From the human T2T-CHM13v2.0 reference genome, Homo sapiens, in NCBI RefSeq assembly GCF_009914755.1, contig NC_060929.1: a stretch of DNA of 64,000 bases; one strand, given 5' to 3'. The notes below the pieces were generated by a model. That model worked only from the letters and a program-made list of their open reading frames with translations, was not told the DNA's origin and did no database searches. Each line of letters opens with the position of its first letter. The first letter of the stretch is position 1. The translations under genes and the position numbers were made by a program. Of this stretch, positions 13,206-27,062 are shown piece by piece.

Positions 13206-13679
13206 AAATACTTGAAATTTCGAAGAAAGCATAAATAATAAGAAGAAATGAAAAAGGAATAATATCTTCATCTTCAGTGAAGTAGAGATCCACACTAAAA
13301 TTGACCAATCATGACAGAGATGCATAAACAAGCGTATTTAGTGATATTGAGGTGATTAACTGAAGGCCTGAAACAAAAGTAGGTAAAAGAAGCTGCCTCT
13401 GGTGATGTGAATGAGTGTTTAAAGACAATAGGGTTTTAATTTTAAGCTGTCAGGTATTATTTTAACCATATGAAGGAGCTGATTTAATTAAATCATAAGC
13501 TATATGATGAGGTTTATCTGTGTCCAGAAGAGTTCTTGGCACAAGCAGGTCCTCAATTCATATATATTGAGCAAAATAATTCAGTAAAGTGATTATTACT
13601 CAATATTAGCAGTAGATTCTCATCCTGCCACAGTCACTCACTACTTGTGAGGTCTTGGACACGTTGCTGAAGTTCACGT

Positions 13680-13790
13680 TTAGGTATTGTCTATGAGTGA
13701 TTTTGTGCAACAGCAGAGTTGGATAATTGTGACGGGGATTGGCTTACAAACTGTAAATTATTTACTACGTACAGGACCAGAAAAAGTTTT
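13680..13790 (+). mobile_element. MER58-like hAT-Charlie fragment
   Basis: 'caacagcagagttggataattgtgac...caaactgtaaattatttacta...cagaaaaagttt'. Confidence 0.55.
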
Positions 13791-15342
13791 CTATTAAAAA
13801 AACTAGATATTGTTCGTATGTTAAAAAGTTTTCTGACCACTTCCCTAGAGGAGGGTAGAAATGCAACAAAGGAGAGTTCATATCTCTCCAGTCATGTGGG
13901 AGCGGGTCAGCTGTGGACCTGGCAGAGCTGTTCTAATTGAGAGATGTTCATCTGTCACAGATCTGGTTCAGACCTCAGGGTGAACTACAGAATCCCTGGC
14001 TATATGACATCCAAATTAGCACACTCTGATCTCCCTGCAGTTGGAGCAATTGTTAGATAATATAAAAATGTGGTTGCGTAGAACCGGAGGAGTGGGGAGA
14101 ACCCCACCTAACCAACCTGCAACTTCCAAGTGCCTCAGAGGTAAAGGTGCATTGTGAAGAATTTGATGGGTCTCTCCTGGTTCTGCGAGTTGGGGGTTTT
14201 AACCATTATCTGAGCTTAGAACCTGAAATGCTTGGAACAGTAACTTGGAAGATGAGGTGTTCATTAATAAGGACTTGGGAGTGGGTAGTGTTCGGAAACA
14301 ACCTTCTGATTTTGAAGAAGTTACATAGAAGCAATGAAAATAATGAGTAAATAGAAAATTACTGTCAAGTGAGTAAATGGTAAACTAATCCAAATATTGG
14401 AATAAAAACTAAGGCAGCCCTCCTTATTGGGAGAAACATACAGCATTTGTAAATTTTGGTGTGGTATAAAATAAATGTAAATGTGATCTTGCAGATTATC
14501 TGCAGCTGGCAGGAAGTAGCTATAGTGACCACAACAAAGTTCTAGCCCTGTGAGAAGTTAGATATGGAGATCTATATTTAATGAGCCTGGCAAAACAATA
14601 AAACCTTTATCTCAGTTGGACTAATTGGAAAGTAATAGTCATACCAATTGTGCAATTGTGCTCACAGTATAAAGCAAGGAATTCCAAATTTTGAGGACAT
14701 TAAATAGTAAAGATGTCTTCCAACAAACTAGCTTGTTGATTCTTGGCAGATGCATTACATAAAACATATTACATAGTCTCCTAAGTGCATTGTGATCATT
14801 GGGGAACTCAGAAGAGAATGATTTTTCAAATATATTTACATTCTGAACATCAGCATAAAAAATTTATTAAAAGAATAAAGTGTTTTATAAAGTGATCCAA
14901 GCCCCAACTAACTTGTCCAGTCTCATTATTCTCACTTATTTCTTTCTTTCCTCATTTTCTCCATCCAAATCAATTATGTTTCAGTTGCATCCTATTCCAT
15001 TCTGTGCATCCTACCATGGCACACAGTAAGTACACTGAAAACTGGCATGGTTAACTTACTTATTTCTGAGACTTTCTGCCTTCTCTGGGTCCAGTATTAT
15101 TGTAGGGATGACACAGTAGGTGCTCAATAGTTATTGGTTAAATATATAGATCAGTTAATTAACCTACAAAAACAACAACAACAAAATTTAACCCCAAATC
15201 ATCCCTTCATATATTCATTCATTGTATACTCTAAAATTTTACTGTGCTTTCTTGGGTTTTGAAACTAAAGGAGGAAGGAAGCCAACTGAAATGATACCTC
15301 TGTTTTATATGGAATTAAGTTCCAAATTGCTTAAACACAGAT

Positions 15343-15490
15343 ATTGTACTTGATCCTCACACCAGCCACAGAGGGGATTATCATCTTCTGTTTTAAAGAT
15401 GTGGAAACTGTAAACCAGTGAGACCAAATGACTTGCCCAAGGTCACAGAACTGGAAAGTGCTAGCACTGGGACTTTTGCCAAGCTCTTTT
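15343..15490 (-). mobile_element. MIR SINE
   Basis: MIR core 'ttttaaagatgtggaaactg...atgacttgcccaaggtcacagaactggaaagtg'. Confidence 0.8.
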
Positions 15491-16627
15491 GATTTTCTTC
15501 CAACATTCTTTCTATTATGTGTGGAAATGTGCCAACCTGAACTGAATACTGTGAGAGAGAATGCTTGTAGCTGGATAATTTGTATTTGTAATTTGAGATT
15601 TGCTTGTAGTTTAATAACATTGCATGATTGCTGGAGAGAAAGAACATGGTGAAGTAGGGAGTTCCTACAGGAGAAGGGCAGACTTAATAACTGTGATTCC
15701 AGGGGGCACAATGCTTATGCTGAAACTCTCATTTCCCTGGATGATGACATTAGAAGTGTATTCAGCTGAGAAAGTGATGGCCTTGGGAAACTTCTCTAAA
15801 GGGATACTTTGGGTTTTATTCACTTCGTCACATAATTAATACTTCATTCTGAAATCAAGTAGGAAGTTTTTGAAATCAAGTCTGAAGTTGCTGAAACTTT
15901 GCAAAGCGGTCGGATTAGTGTTAATTCTGTTTCTGTTTGGTACATTTTCTATTTATTTTCCCATTTTTACAGTTCCCAGAAGGACAATTTTCTCTGTGAA
16001 CAGAAGATGTTTACAGAAAATCTTATTTTTAAAAAGTCACAGATGTAGTTATGTGCAAGTGAAAAATGTATCACACTATCATCTTTTGTCAACATGAAGA
16101 CATAGGTCATTGTAAAAAAAAAATAGGCAGGAGAATAAGGAACAGGCAAACAGGACCTGGAAGTGATCATCATAAAACTGTGTGAACATTTTGAACAGAT
16201 TTTAAAACAGTGATAAAACAATGTGACATACAGGAACTCAGCAAGGCTGAGACTAAGGATATCCATACTGTGTTTCCAAAACTGTCATTTTACTCTCTTC
16301 ATGACTCAAAGTACTTTGTCTTCATAATCTGTATTATGGCATTGATCAGCAAATGGGAAGCCAACTGGGTGTGTGTACAAAATTGAGGCTAAGCTAATGT
16401 TGGAATAAGCTGAATTGGAAAATTTGTGTGTGACATGATTCTGTTGCTCTGGAATTACATAATGAAGACATCTGTTGCAAGACATGATCAATGCTTGGAA
16501 CTCATCTACTTTGCTTTTCAGACTCCTGGAGTCACTCCGCTTCTAATTGCATCTAACAATGTGAAGTAGACAAGCTATGAGTTGTCATCCATGGAGAGAG
16601 GCCAGTGATCCTCCATAAAAAGGCAGG

Positions 16628-16760
16628 ATATAATTGGAAAAGCCCAAGATCTGGGGACAGATAAACTGAGATTTAATTTCAGCTTGTTTCACTTATTGGT
16701 CCTTTCACCTCTGCTTAGTGACTAATTTTCTTGGAGACTTGGATTCCCCATCTGTAATAA
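16628..16760 (+). mobile_element. MIR fragment
   Basis: 'gaaaagcccaagatctggggacagataaactgag...ttccccatctgtaataa'. Confidence 0.55.
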
Positions 16761-16799
16761 CAATAATATTAACAATGATCTTAATAATGGTGACAATGT

Positions 16800-17045
16800 T
16801 AATACTTAACATAATGTGAACACCTACTATGTGCTAGACATCGTTCTAATTTCTTGACATGTTTTCCAATTTAATTATACCATAACTCTTTGAGGCAAAT
16901 ACTATTGTTATCACATGGTACAGTTGAGGAAATGGATGCAGGTAGCTTAAATAGATCATCTGAGTCACATCAGTAGAAAGTGGTGGAGATAGGCTTCATA
17001 CCCAAGTAATCACCCTCAAGTGTCTATGTGCTTAATTGGTACTCT
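16800..17045 (-). mobile_element. MIR SINE
   Basis: 'gaacacctactatgtgctagacatcgttcta...cagttgaggaaatgga...gtcacatcagtagaaagtggtggagatagg'. Confidence 0.75.
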
Positions 17046-17717
17046 ATGGTGCCTTTTGTTAATACCTGTTTCTTTAACTGATAAATGACTATAATAAAAA
17101 CCCTGCCTCTTTTCTAAATATCAAATGACTCAATAACTGTAAAGTATTTAAAACAAGTCCTAGTGCATAGTAAGCTCTTATAAATGCTTTTAAATAAAAT
17201 AAACAAAATAAATTTTTCCAATTACAGAGCTAGTAGTTGATGAAACACAATTTCTCACCCACTTAGTGTAAATCCAGAAACCTCACTCTCTACAACTACA
17301 ACAATCTTTCTCCTGATGGTGCTTCTAATTAAAGCTGCCTTGCACAGATAAGTAAGATTATAATTCAATCTGCACTTGTTACATGAATAAACTTATCATA
17401 TTGAATATCTGCTAGGGATAATGATTAGTCCTAAATTTTACCTCACTAAGATATCTGTGTAAAGCCTTGGAATCCACACTTCTTTCAGATCAGTGGTTCA
17501 GCAATCCTTCTTTAAGAATGCATGTTTTATTTTAACTTGTCTCTCCAGAAGCATGGGAAATTAAGTCTGCAGGCTAATAATCTACACTCCAGTGTGATCT
17601 GATAATGCATCACTGAGCTCTCACTGACTCTATCATCAGCAACACAAGAGCGAATTAACTTTTGAAATAACTACATCTCATTGTTGACACTCATTGAGCT
17701 AATTGTTAACTAATGCT

Positions 17718-18500
17718 TGTTATCAAGATTCAACCAGAGAAGCAGAACCAGTAGGAGATATATAGTATGATAATTGCAAGGAATTAGCTTACTTGATTAT
17801 AGGAGCTGGCTAGGCAATTTCTCAATCCATAGGGTAAGTCTTCAAGAAGGGCAGATCTTCAAGAAGGGTAGTCTAGAACTGCCAGGTACTGGCTAAAGCT
17901 GTGGACCACATGTGGAATTTATTTTTCTCTCATGAAAAATAAATCAGCTTTCACCTGATTGAATCAGGCCCACAAAAATTATTTAGGATAATCTCCCTTA
18001 CTTAAATTTAACTGATTATAAACTTAATTACATGATACGGTTAGGTTCTGTGTCCCCACCCAAATCTCATTTTGAATTGTAATCCTCATAATCCTCACGT
18101 GTTGAGAGCAGGAGCTGGTGGGAGGTGATTGGATCATGGGGATGGTTTCCTCCATGCTCTTCTTGTGATAGTGAGTGAGTTCCCACAAGATCTGATGGTT
18201 TACAAAGTCTTTGACAGTTCCTTCTACACACTCATTCTCTCTTATCTGTTACCATGTAAGACATGCCTCTTACCCTTTCACCATGATTGTAAGATTCCTG
18301 AGGCCTTTCCAGCCAGGCAGAACTGTGAGTCCATTATTGCTTTGTGAATTACCCAGTTTCAGTATTTCCTTATAGCACTGTGAGGACAGACTAATACATC
18401 ACTTGTACAAAATACCTTCCAAGCAACATATGGATTAGTGTTTAACTAAATAATTGAGGACTATACCCCAGCCACACTGACACACCTCAAAGACCATCAA
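17718..18500 (-). mobile_element. MLT2D-like ERVL LTR, interrupted by a THE1D LTR
   Basis: 'agaagcagaaccagtaggagatatata...ctgattgaatcaggcccac...ggataatctcccttacttaaa' resumes after the insertion as 'tacaaaataccttccaagcaacatatggattagtgtt...gaccatca'. Confidence 0.8.
18033..18398 (+). mobile_element. THE1D-like MaLR solo LTR
   Basis: TG...CA termini ('tgatacggttaggttctgtgtccccacccaaatctc' to 'gactaataca'); degenerate 5-bp TSD ttaca/tcact. Confidence 0.88.
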
Positions 18501-18608
18501 ATCATGTCATTAATTTTTAACAAGAAATGCTAATAACTTTTTTTCCATCTTGGACTTGTTTTATGAGCTCTTTAAATCAATCAAGAACTATTTTGTAGAG
18601 TCTTACAT

Positions 18609-18735
18609 AGAGGCAGATCCAAGTTTCTCATAAGCTTATATGATTTTACAGCCAAGTTTCTCATAAGCTTATAGGATTTTACAGAGTCTTCTTGACAAAG
18701 ACAAATACATAATTACAAATACACAATTAGGTAAT
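18609..18735 (+). mobile_element. Old hAT-type MITE fragment (MER53-like) with an internal 33-bp tandem duplication
   Basis: 'agaggcagatccaagttt...aagcttata...aaatacataattacaaatacacaattagg'; 2 x 33 bp at 18619-18684 with one mismatch. Confidence 0.4.
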
Positions 18736-19279
18736 AGGTTTCACAAAGAACTAATTTAATTGAGATGCCCAAATATTTATGGTACATTAACTTTACACTA
18801 TATTTGTCCCTACCTTATATTTATCATACAATATATTATAATAAAATTACCTCATGCTGTTAAGACTTTTTAGCATCTTGGTTCTATAACTCGTCATTTT
18901 TGCTATTCTCTTAGTTTTATATTATCTGAAAATTTGCTAATAATTTACACCATCTTTACCCAAATCCATGAAAAAATTATTAGTACCAAGCTAAGAGAAG
19001 GATTCTAGAGGAAAGTACTAAAATCCTTCTCAAAAGACCCAAAATAGCACTCTTTGAATGTGATTATGCAAACACTTGTAAATTCATTAGATTTTACTAA
19101 AATTCTGCAAATATTTCACCACTTTTTATGTGTGTTTCTATTTTATAAATATTTTAAACTCTGATTTGTTGTAGTGAAATTCATTGTGGATACTTATGCT
19201 CTGCTAGAGTTATATCGAAAAGCTAATTTACTCTCAAATTCCTTTTATTTAGGTATTTCTCCCTCAGTTCCAAGAAATA

Positions 19280-19520
19280 GAGCATAGGTATTAAGGTGGC
19301 AAATGCTGAAGTAAATTCATGTACATTTAGAACCCATGTCCACCACTTTCTAGTGATTTGACTTTGACTTACATATAAGTTTTTAAGTTCTCATCTTTAA
19401 AGATCAGCAAGAACACATATCTAATAAGAAGGCTTAGAATATTAAATATGAGCTATATGTGAAGGTATTAGCCTATCACATATTAGGCAGTTATTCAATA
19501 ACTATTAGCTATCATTACTA
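19280..19520 (+). mobile_element. MIR SINE
   Basis: 'gaacccatgtccaccactttctagtg...tctcatctttaaa...atgtgaaggtattagc...tcaataactattagctatcatta'. Confidence 0.65.
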
Positions 19521-20913
19521 TATTGATGCTGATAGTTATATTACTATTTTATATATAATTAAAATGTATATGTTAGAAATGTTAGAAAGAAAAATGCAAG
19601 AATTTATAGTAAAAAGAGAATTTTCCCCTCTTGAGAGATTATAGAAATGTGAAAATTACACATCAAAGAAATAGCATTTAAACTAAATATTTAAGGTACC
19701 ACATTGATATTTAAGAATATTTGTCTTATCAATAATAAAATGGATTACATAGGGGGCAATCTGATGGCAGCAAATGCAGTTTGAAAGCTGTTGAAAAGGT
19801 CCAAGAAAAATATTAGGCTTATACCAGGAAACAAAGATGGTATGGCATACACAATGCCTCGCCGAACTATAGTTAAACTAGTTAAAATGGTGTCCTAGAA
19901 AGCCAACCTATTTTAAAAAATTCACACACATTTGTCTAAAAATGTTTGTTTTAGTATCAATATGCTAATTATTTTAATATACATAATTAATGCTTTCAAT
20001 AAACATCTTTGGAATCCTTCCTGGGAACCAAAACATCAAACAAACTAATCTGTATTTTGCAGAATGTACTTTTTCCACATCATATGCATTAAATTGTAGG
20101 ATAATTATAAAATATCTAAAACATAATGAATACATAAGTTGGGGAAAGTGATATGGAACACTCTGAAAGTTTCGTCTTTTACACTTAATTGCTAAAATTA
20201 AAATATCAGTCAGTGGCAAAGTGTGTATTTTGGAGGGGAGTCACATTTTCACTAAATTCTGTGCTGATCACCCTTTTGTATATGAGACCTACTTTGTCTA
20301 GAATCACATTATTATGTACACTAAAATTTCCTTTGTTTAAAATTCTATGAAATATATCCTGTAAATGTTTGAAGGGTAAGTATAAATCAAAATGTTAGAA
20401 TTTTCTAGTTGGAACAGTCTAACATTGATGCAAAGTATTGGAGTAATTCACAAAATGATACTTTCCAGTTAATGAGTTTTATATTATTCTTACAGAAAAC
20501 AAAGTTAATTGTTTTTCACCAATCCTTCAAAAACAACAACATCAAGAGGAATCAAAGCCATCTTTCTTTTATGAATTTGAGGAGACAGCCTTGTAGTGGT
20601 ATAGAATGATAATTGATAGACTGACAGGAAATACATAATTTGTATGTTGAAGAATGGAGAATTGTCATAGCCTCAGGTATATAACCCAACAAAATAATGC
20701 AAAACAAAAGAAATACACAAACACCTTCCTGCTAGTTAAAAGACTGCAGTTGAACAAAAATCCTTTCATCTGAGCCTTTAAGTGTAAAGGACTATGTCCT
20801 CATGCATAACTTTTTCCTTTTGGGAAAAGTTAAAGGTCAAGTAAGATGATGTCTTATGTAGCTCAAGGACAGGATTTGTTTTGCTTGTTCTGTTTGTTTG
20901 CATTTACAGAAAT

Positions 20914-20942
<29 letters not shown>
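20914..20942. repeat. (CA)n microsatellite
   Basis: About 14 perfect CA units. Confidence 0.97.
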
Positions 20943-20944
<2 letters not shown>

Positions 20945-21341
20945 ATAAATGTTGCTATTGGCTTCTAAATAATTGCAACTTTAAATATCTAACTTTCTGC
21001 AAGAAGCTGATGACAGTCACTCATAATACATAAAGTGCTTTAAAATTTTTGAGATATATTTAGACACATTAAATTAGGCTGAAATGAACATTATGGACAG
21101 TTCTTTATCAGCTAAAAGGCCAGAAATGAGAAGCTTAAGGAGGATATGTAGAAAGGAGGCCATCTTTTGTGGAAATAATTTTTGTTTGACAATCCATTTA
21201 TTATTTATTCCAAGCAGATAAGAAAGTGCTTAAAATTTAACATTGCTAATGCTTTATCCAGTGGAAAAAGCACTAGATCCTAATTTAATGAGTACATTGG
21301 GGTGAAGAGTGAAGTTCTTTCTCAAACTATACTTGGTCTCC

Positions 21342-22420
21342 TGTTGTGGGAAGTCAGGGACCCCAATTGGAGGGACCGGCTGGAGCCGAGGCAGAAGAAT
21401 ATAAATTGTGAAGACTTCAGGGACATTTATCAGTTCCCAGAATTAATACTTCTATAATTTCTTATGCCTGTCTTTACTGCAATCTCTGAACATAAATTGT
21501 GAAGATTTCATGGACATTTATCACTTCCCCAATCAATACTCTTATAATTTCTTATGCCTGTCTTTACTTTAATCTCTTAATCCTGTTATCTTCATAAGCT
21601 GAGAATGTATGTCACCTCAGGACCACTATTGCACAAATTGATTGTAGAACATGTGTGTTTGAACAATATGAAATCTGTTGTAAAACGTGTGTTTGAACAA
21701 TATGAAATCAGTGCATCCTGAAAAAGAACAGAATAGCAGCGTTTTTTGGGGAACAAGGGAAGATAACCATAAGGTCTTACTGCCTGCATGGTTGGGAAGT
21801 ATAGAGCCACAGTTTTCTTCTTGCAGAAAGCCAGTACGAGAAATTTCACTGAATTCTTTTCCCAACAAGGAATAACCCTGGGGAAGGAATGCATTCCTGG
21901 GTGTAGGTCTATAGACGGCTGCTCTGGGAGTGTCTGTCTTATGCGGTTGAGACAAGGACTGAAAAACACCCTGGTCTCCTGCAGTACCCTCAGGCTTACT
22001 AGGATTGGGATATTCCAGCCTGGTAAATTCTAGTCAGACCGGTTGTCTGCCCTCGAACCCTGTTTCCTGTTAAGATGTTTATCAAGACAATGCATGCACA
22101 GCGGGACATAGACCCTCATCAGTAATTGTAATTTTGCCTTTGCCTTGTGATCTTTATGGGCCTTTGAAGCATGTGATCCTTGTGACCTACTCCCTGTTTG
22201 TACACCCCCTACCCTTTTAAAATCCCTAATAAAAACTTGCTGGTTTTGTGGCTCGGGGTCGTCATCACGGTCCTACCAATATGTGATGACACCTTCGGAG
22301 GCCCAGCTGTAAAATTTTCTCTCTTTGTACTCTTTTTCTTTATTTCTCAGACCAGCCGACACTTCTTAGGGAAAATAGAAAGAACCTACGTTGAAATATT
22401 GGGGGCTGGTTCCCCTGATA
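21342..22420 (+). mobile_element. MER11 (HERV-K11/HML-8) solo LTR, 1079 bp
   Basis: Starts 'tgttgtgggaagtcagggacccc' and ends 'gggggctggttcccctgata'. Has the characteristic internal tandem repeats and AATAAA near 22228. Perfect 6-bp TSD GTCTCC at 21336-21341 and 22421-22426. Confidence 0.93.
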
Positions 22421-22463
22421 GTCTCCAACAACCAGAGAGGGTAACATCTGAAAATCTTCCTAG

Positions 22464-22775
<312 letters not shown>

Positions 22776-25700
22776 GACAATCTTCCTAGGTGATTTTAAT
22801 ATGCAACATTTCTACCTCCATTACCAACAAAGGACTAATGTTAATGAATGTTACCCTCTGATGCTATAATCTAATTTGGTTTTATGGTATCCATAACCAA
22901 AAGAAAGATATGTATATCTTCAAACTGATTTCAAAGATGCATCTTTATCAAAGTTAAGTATTAAATGAGTTTGTAGCTAAGAGATAGTATATAAAATTAT
23001 GGTTTTTATGTTTATCTGTGGTTTGTCACAAATACAAAAACACTTTACAATACATGTGACATATAAAAAAATTTAGGCTACAATCTCAGATATACCAGAC
23101 ATATAACTCTTTTATTTTGTAATAATTAAACAATATGTGTTTTTGAGGTATCATTATGCTATGGCAATATTAAATTTCAGTTGATTAAGGTCTAAGTTTA
23201 CTTCCTTGTAGTTGCAGTGAAGATCCTTTGGAGTGATATAATGACATAGCTTTCATTAGTTAATGGGTATCCGTAATGATTGGTCTTCAGGTATCAAAAC
23301 TAACATTCTTTGGATATACATCATTTTATCTTGTTCTCAGTTACGAATCCATTCAGGAAACTTTGATATTGTTCCTTATTGTTTTCAAGGGAGATTAAAG
23401 TCTGGTTCTCTCTACCATTTCTGAGCCCCTTTCTCTATTGCTTCATGGCTAAGAAAAACTTGACAGAGTTATCTGTAAGGCACTTTGCCACTTTGTGCTA
23501 GTCTAGAAAAAGGCAAAGGCATTCTACTTCAAGACCATGACAGAGTGGGTGGAAACTCTGGGATACTGATTCAGGCAAACAGGCCATTTCTATATTGGAC
23601 TAAGTAAGGTACTATGAGGTACAACTCATATTCTAGGTTTGATGTGAGAAATGGTGCACAAGCTTTCTCTGCTGTTGGATCCCTTAAACTATCTGGGATT
23701 TTTATTGTACCTCTTCTACAATATCTACATATTACTACCTTTCTTTTTATCAAACATTTTTTTCTGGTATGATTTTCAAAATTCAAAAGTCAAAATTTGA
23801 CTTCTTTATATCTCTCTGCATTTTTGCTTTAATATTTCTATTATAAAGCAAAGAATATCACAAGTTTTATGTATTTAAATAGAGAAAGGTTGCTGATGAA
23901 CTGGAAATACAAGGAAAAAACATCAGCTAATTATCTTCAATTAAAATATTACATTTATACACTGGCTGTAATGAAGACAGAGAGCATGCCATTAAGTTAT
24001 AGCTGGGATTTTGTAGACTCGTTTCCATTCCAAAATCAGGCTCTCCTGCATGAGTTTCTTTGGGAGTCACTGCTGCTCACCCATAGATTGGGGCCTAAGA
24101 TACCTTAAAATAGAACCTCAGAGACCAGTCTACTTACAAAGTAACTTCAATATATGCCAATGACTGAGAGAAAATAAACTTTAATATTCACTATAATATA
24201 CTCTGTGTTAGATGAGGCATCAAACTTTCTTATTTTTTTCTTTTTCCTGTATCTGGCTTAACTTTACCTTCAGACTAGTGAAGGTTGTTGTGGCAACTAC
24301 GGTGGCATCTATACTAAAGGGAAGACAGTCTACCTTACAGAAAATGGATATGTCCCAGAATAAAATGTATAAGTCCAGAATATATACAAACCAACATTAC
24401 TACCGCTACTATACTTTCTACTTCCAGGGAAAATATATCAGCCTTCTAAGTGAAGGGTTAACCTATATGCTTTTGTCTATACAAATAATCTAGAGATGAA
24501 ACAGTCTAGAACAAAAGCTGTCAGTGCTTCTTCATATGATATGCAGAAATAACAAAAGAAATAGGAAAATTATCCTCCAACAAGCAAACCGAATCCTTGT
24601 AATGGTGACAGGTAAAAAAGAAGTCAATTTTTTGTCAAGAAGAGGGGTTTACTGATTTCTATACAAAAGCCATCAACCATTCTATCAATCTATATATCGA
24701 TTTACAAAAATATTGATCTATCACACATAAATTGATATTGATCTCAGGAAAACAAAATTTGCAAACAAAGTCCTTATATTAGGGAAATTTATGCCATCTA
24801 CTTTTTGGTTACATACTTTATGTCAAGGAAGCCGTCCTTAATTTAGAAGTAAGAATTTTTTTTTTTTTAATGTAAAGAAAGGTGTTTTTTCCTCCTCACG
24901 GTAGAGTGTGACATATAATTTCTTCCAGGGAACTACAACATAGGCTTCTGTTAAATTTATAGAAGTTCTCAATTTTAGATTTGGAAACAATACTTAAGTA
25001 TGATCTTCCCCTATATTCTCATTTTATTAAAATCACACCCCAAACTAGTGACTTATCTAAGAAAAAATTTTTAAATTCTCTTCCTTTCAACACATTTATT
25101 AAAGTATTAGTGATATGCCATGTACTGTCCCAAACCCCAGAACAGACCCCAGGTCTCCTTACTATGGAGCTTGACACAGCTTTGTGTGTGGAAAAGAGGT
25201 TAAGGAAAGAACTCAGTTGTCTTCAATTTGTAAATGTTAATTTTACAAAAAGGGAAGGTATGCTTTAAAAATAGAGATCCAATAGAAGAGACACAAAAAC
25301 TTGGACTAAATGTCTTTCAATAAAACAATCCTTGGAGAAAATTCCTAAGATGGAGTGGGGAAGGGGACAAAAACAAGGCGCAGGAAAATGTCAGCTTCCT
25401 TTCAGTGACACAGACAAGAGAATTGAAAAGTATTGTTAATTGAAGGCATTGCTTAAGTGACAGAAAGTAAATGACCACTTCTTTTCCTTTCAGTTTTTTT
25501 CTACTCCAAAGATAGATTTTGTCATGGAGCTGTCTGAAATATTAAGATCTAATTAGAAGTCTTATTTTAAAATTACTGTTGTAGTTGAAATAAATATATT
25601 GTATTTATTTGGGAAAAAATGCTTTGTGGGTCTTTGCTTACATACTGATGTACTGAGGCACTTAAGCATGGAAATGTTTTCCACAGAGAATGTAGAAAAG

Positions 25701-26988
25701 GAAGTCATAAAATAGTGACTTTATTTTCTTGTTTTATTTCTCTTTTTTATTCCAAATTAACATTGATCTAAAAGTAGATTATTTTAGAAATTATAAAAAT
25801 AAAATTTAAATACATAATTAAAATTGCTCATAATTCTATCAACAGATGAGCCACATTAATATTATATTCTATAATAAATGTTAGTAATATTTTTCTATAC
25901 ACATTTATCTTTTAAAATCACTGAGATCATACCACTGATATATTTGTAATACTTTTCATATTATTTTATATCAAAATTTTGTGGTTATTATATAATTTCC
26001 CACGACATGATTTTAATTCTGAATTATATTCCATTATGTTTATTTAACAAGTTTTATTTAATCTATTCCCTATAGTTTCATTTTCAGGCTATAGTAAACT
26101 TTTACATTTTATTTATATTTTTAAGGAAAAAATCACTGAGGTGGTTTTAAAAGCACAGCATCATAACTTGTTTTTAGTCTTCATGGAAAGGCATTTTTCA
26201 TTTAACTGTTTTTGATTCCTTAATTTTTTTTACTATCAGTTTAAAGAGAATCAGTTATTCATTAGTAAAAATCATGATACCATCTCCTTCCTCTGTAAGT
26301 TAGTAGCAACTTATTGGAGGATTTTGTCAAGAAAATATCAATTTTTTTTCCTCTAATTTGGAAGTAGAGATATACTTGGGGTTTTAGCCTTTGCTTCTAA
26401 CTAATAACTCTCAAGAATTATCTAGCACATTTGCACTTCACGAAAACAGTTCTCTATGATGACCATACAGTATGCATATGGAAATTTATGGCACTTTAAT
26501 GCACTTGGAATATTAGAGATTTGGTTCATTCAAAATACATTAAATTTAATAACTTATAATACCTTACACATTACAAAATACTTACATTTTTATTTGTAAA
26601 GGGACAAGGATTGTACCAAAAATGAATTCTGAACCAATCACCTGAAAAAATACCTGTCCAGTCAAGCAAATAGTTCATTTTATAAACGAGAATGGAAAAC
26701 ACATCAATCATGTGATGTCAGGAAGAGTAGAAGGAGAAACAAGGGGAAGAGAAGAAAGAAAACTGGAGACCTCTAAAGTCAGCTCTGTGTTATTTTCTCC
26801 AACTTCTTCATGTGAAAACATGTAAGTCATTACGCAAACTTCTGGACAGAGTACGTTTAAAGGGTGGGATTTGCTGACTGTTTCATATTAGAATAATGAA
26901 TGCTTTGGTTTGAATTTAAACTCCAGAACTATTTTTAAATGAAAAATATTACCTCTATAATCGTACTCTTTTTGTTTATCAAACTAAA

Positions 26989-27010
26989 TATATGTATGTA
27001 TGTATGTATG

Positions 27011-27041
<31 letters not shown>

Positions 27042-27062
27042 TTAGAGAGAGAGAGAGAGAGA
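26989..27062. repeat. Compound microsatellite (TATG)n(TA)n(GA)n
   Basis: Directly visible. Confidence 0.97.

Noticed and set aside
21395-21712. Spaced direct repeats (about 90-bp and about 33-bp units), superficially CRISPR-like
   Set aside because: Internal tandem repeats of the MER11 LTR. Eukaryotic context, no unique spacers and no cas genes.
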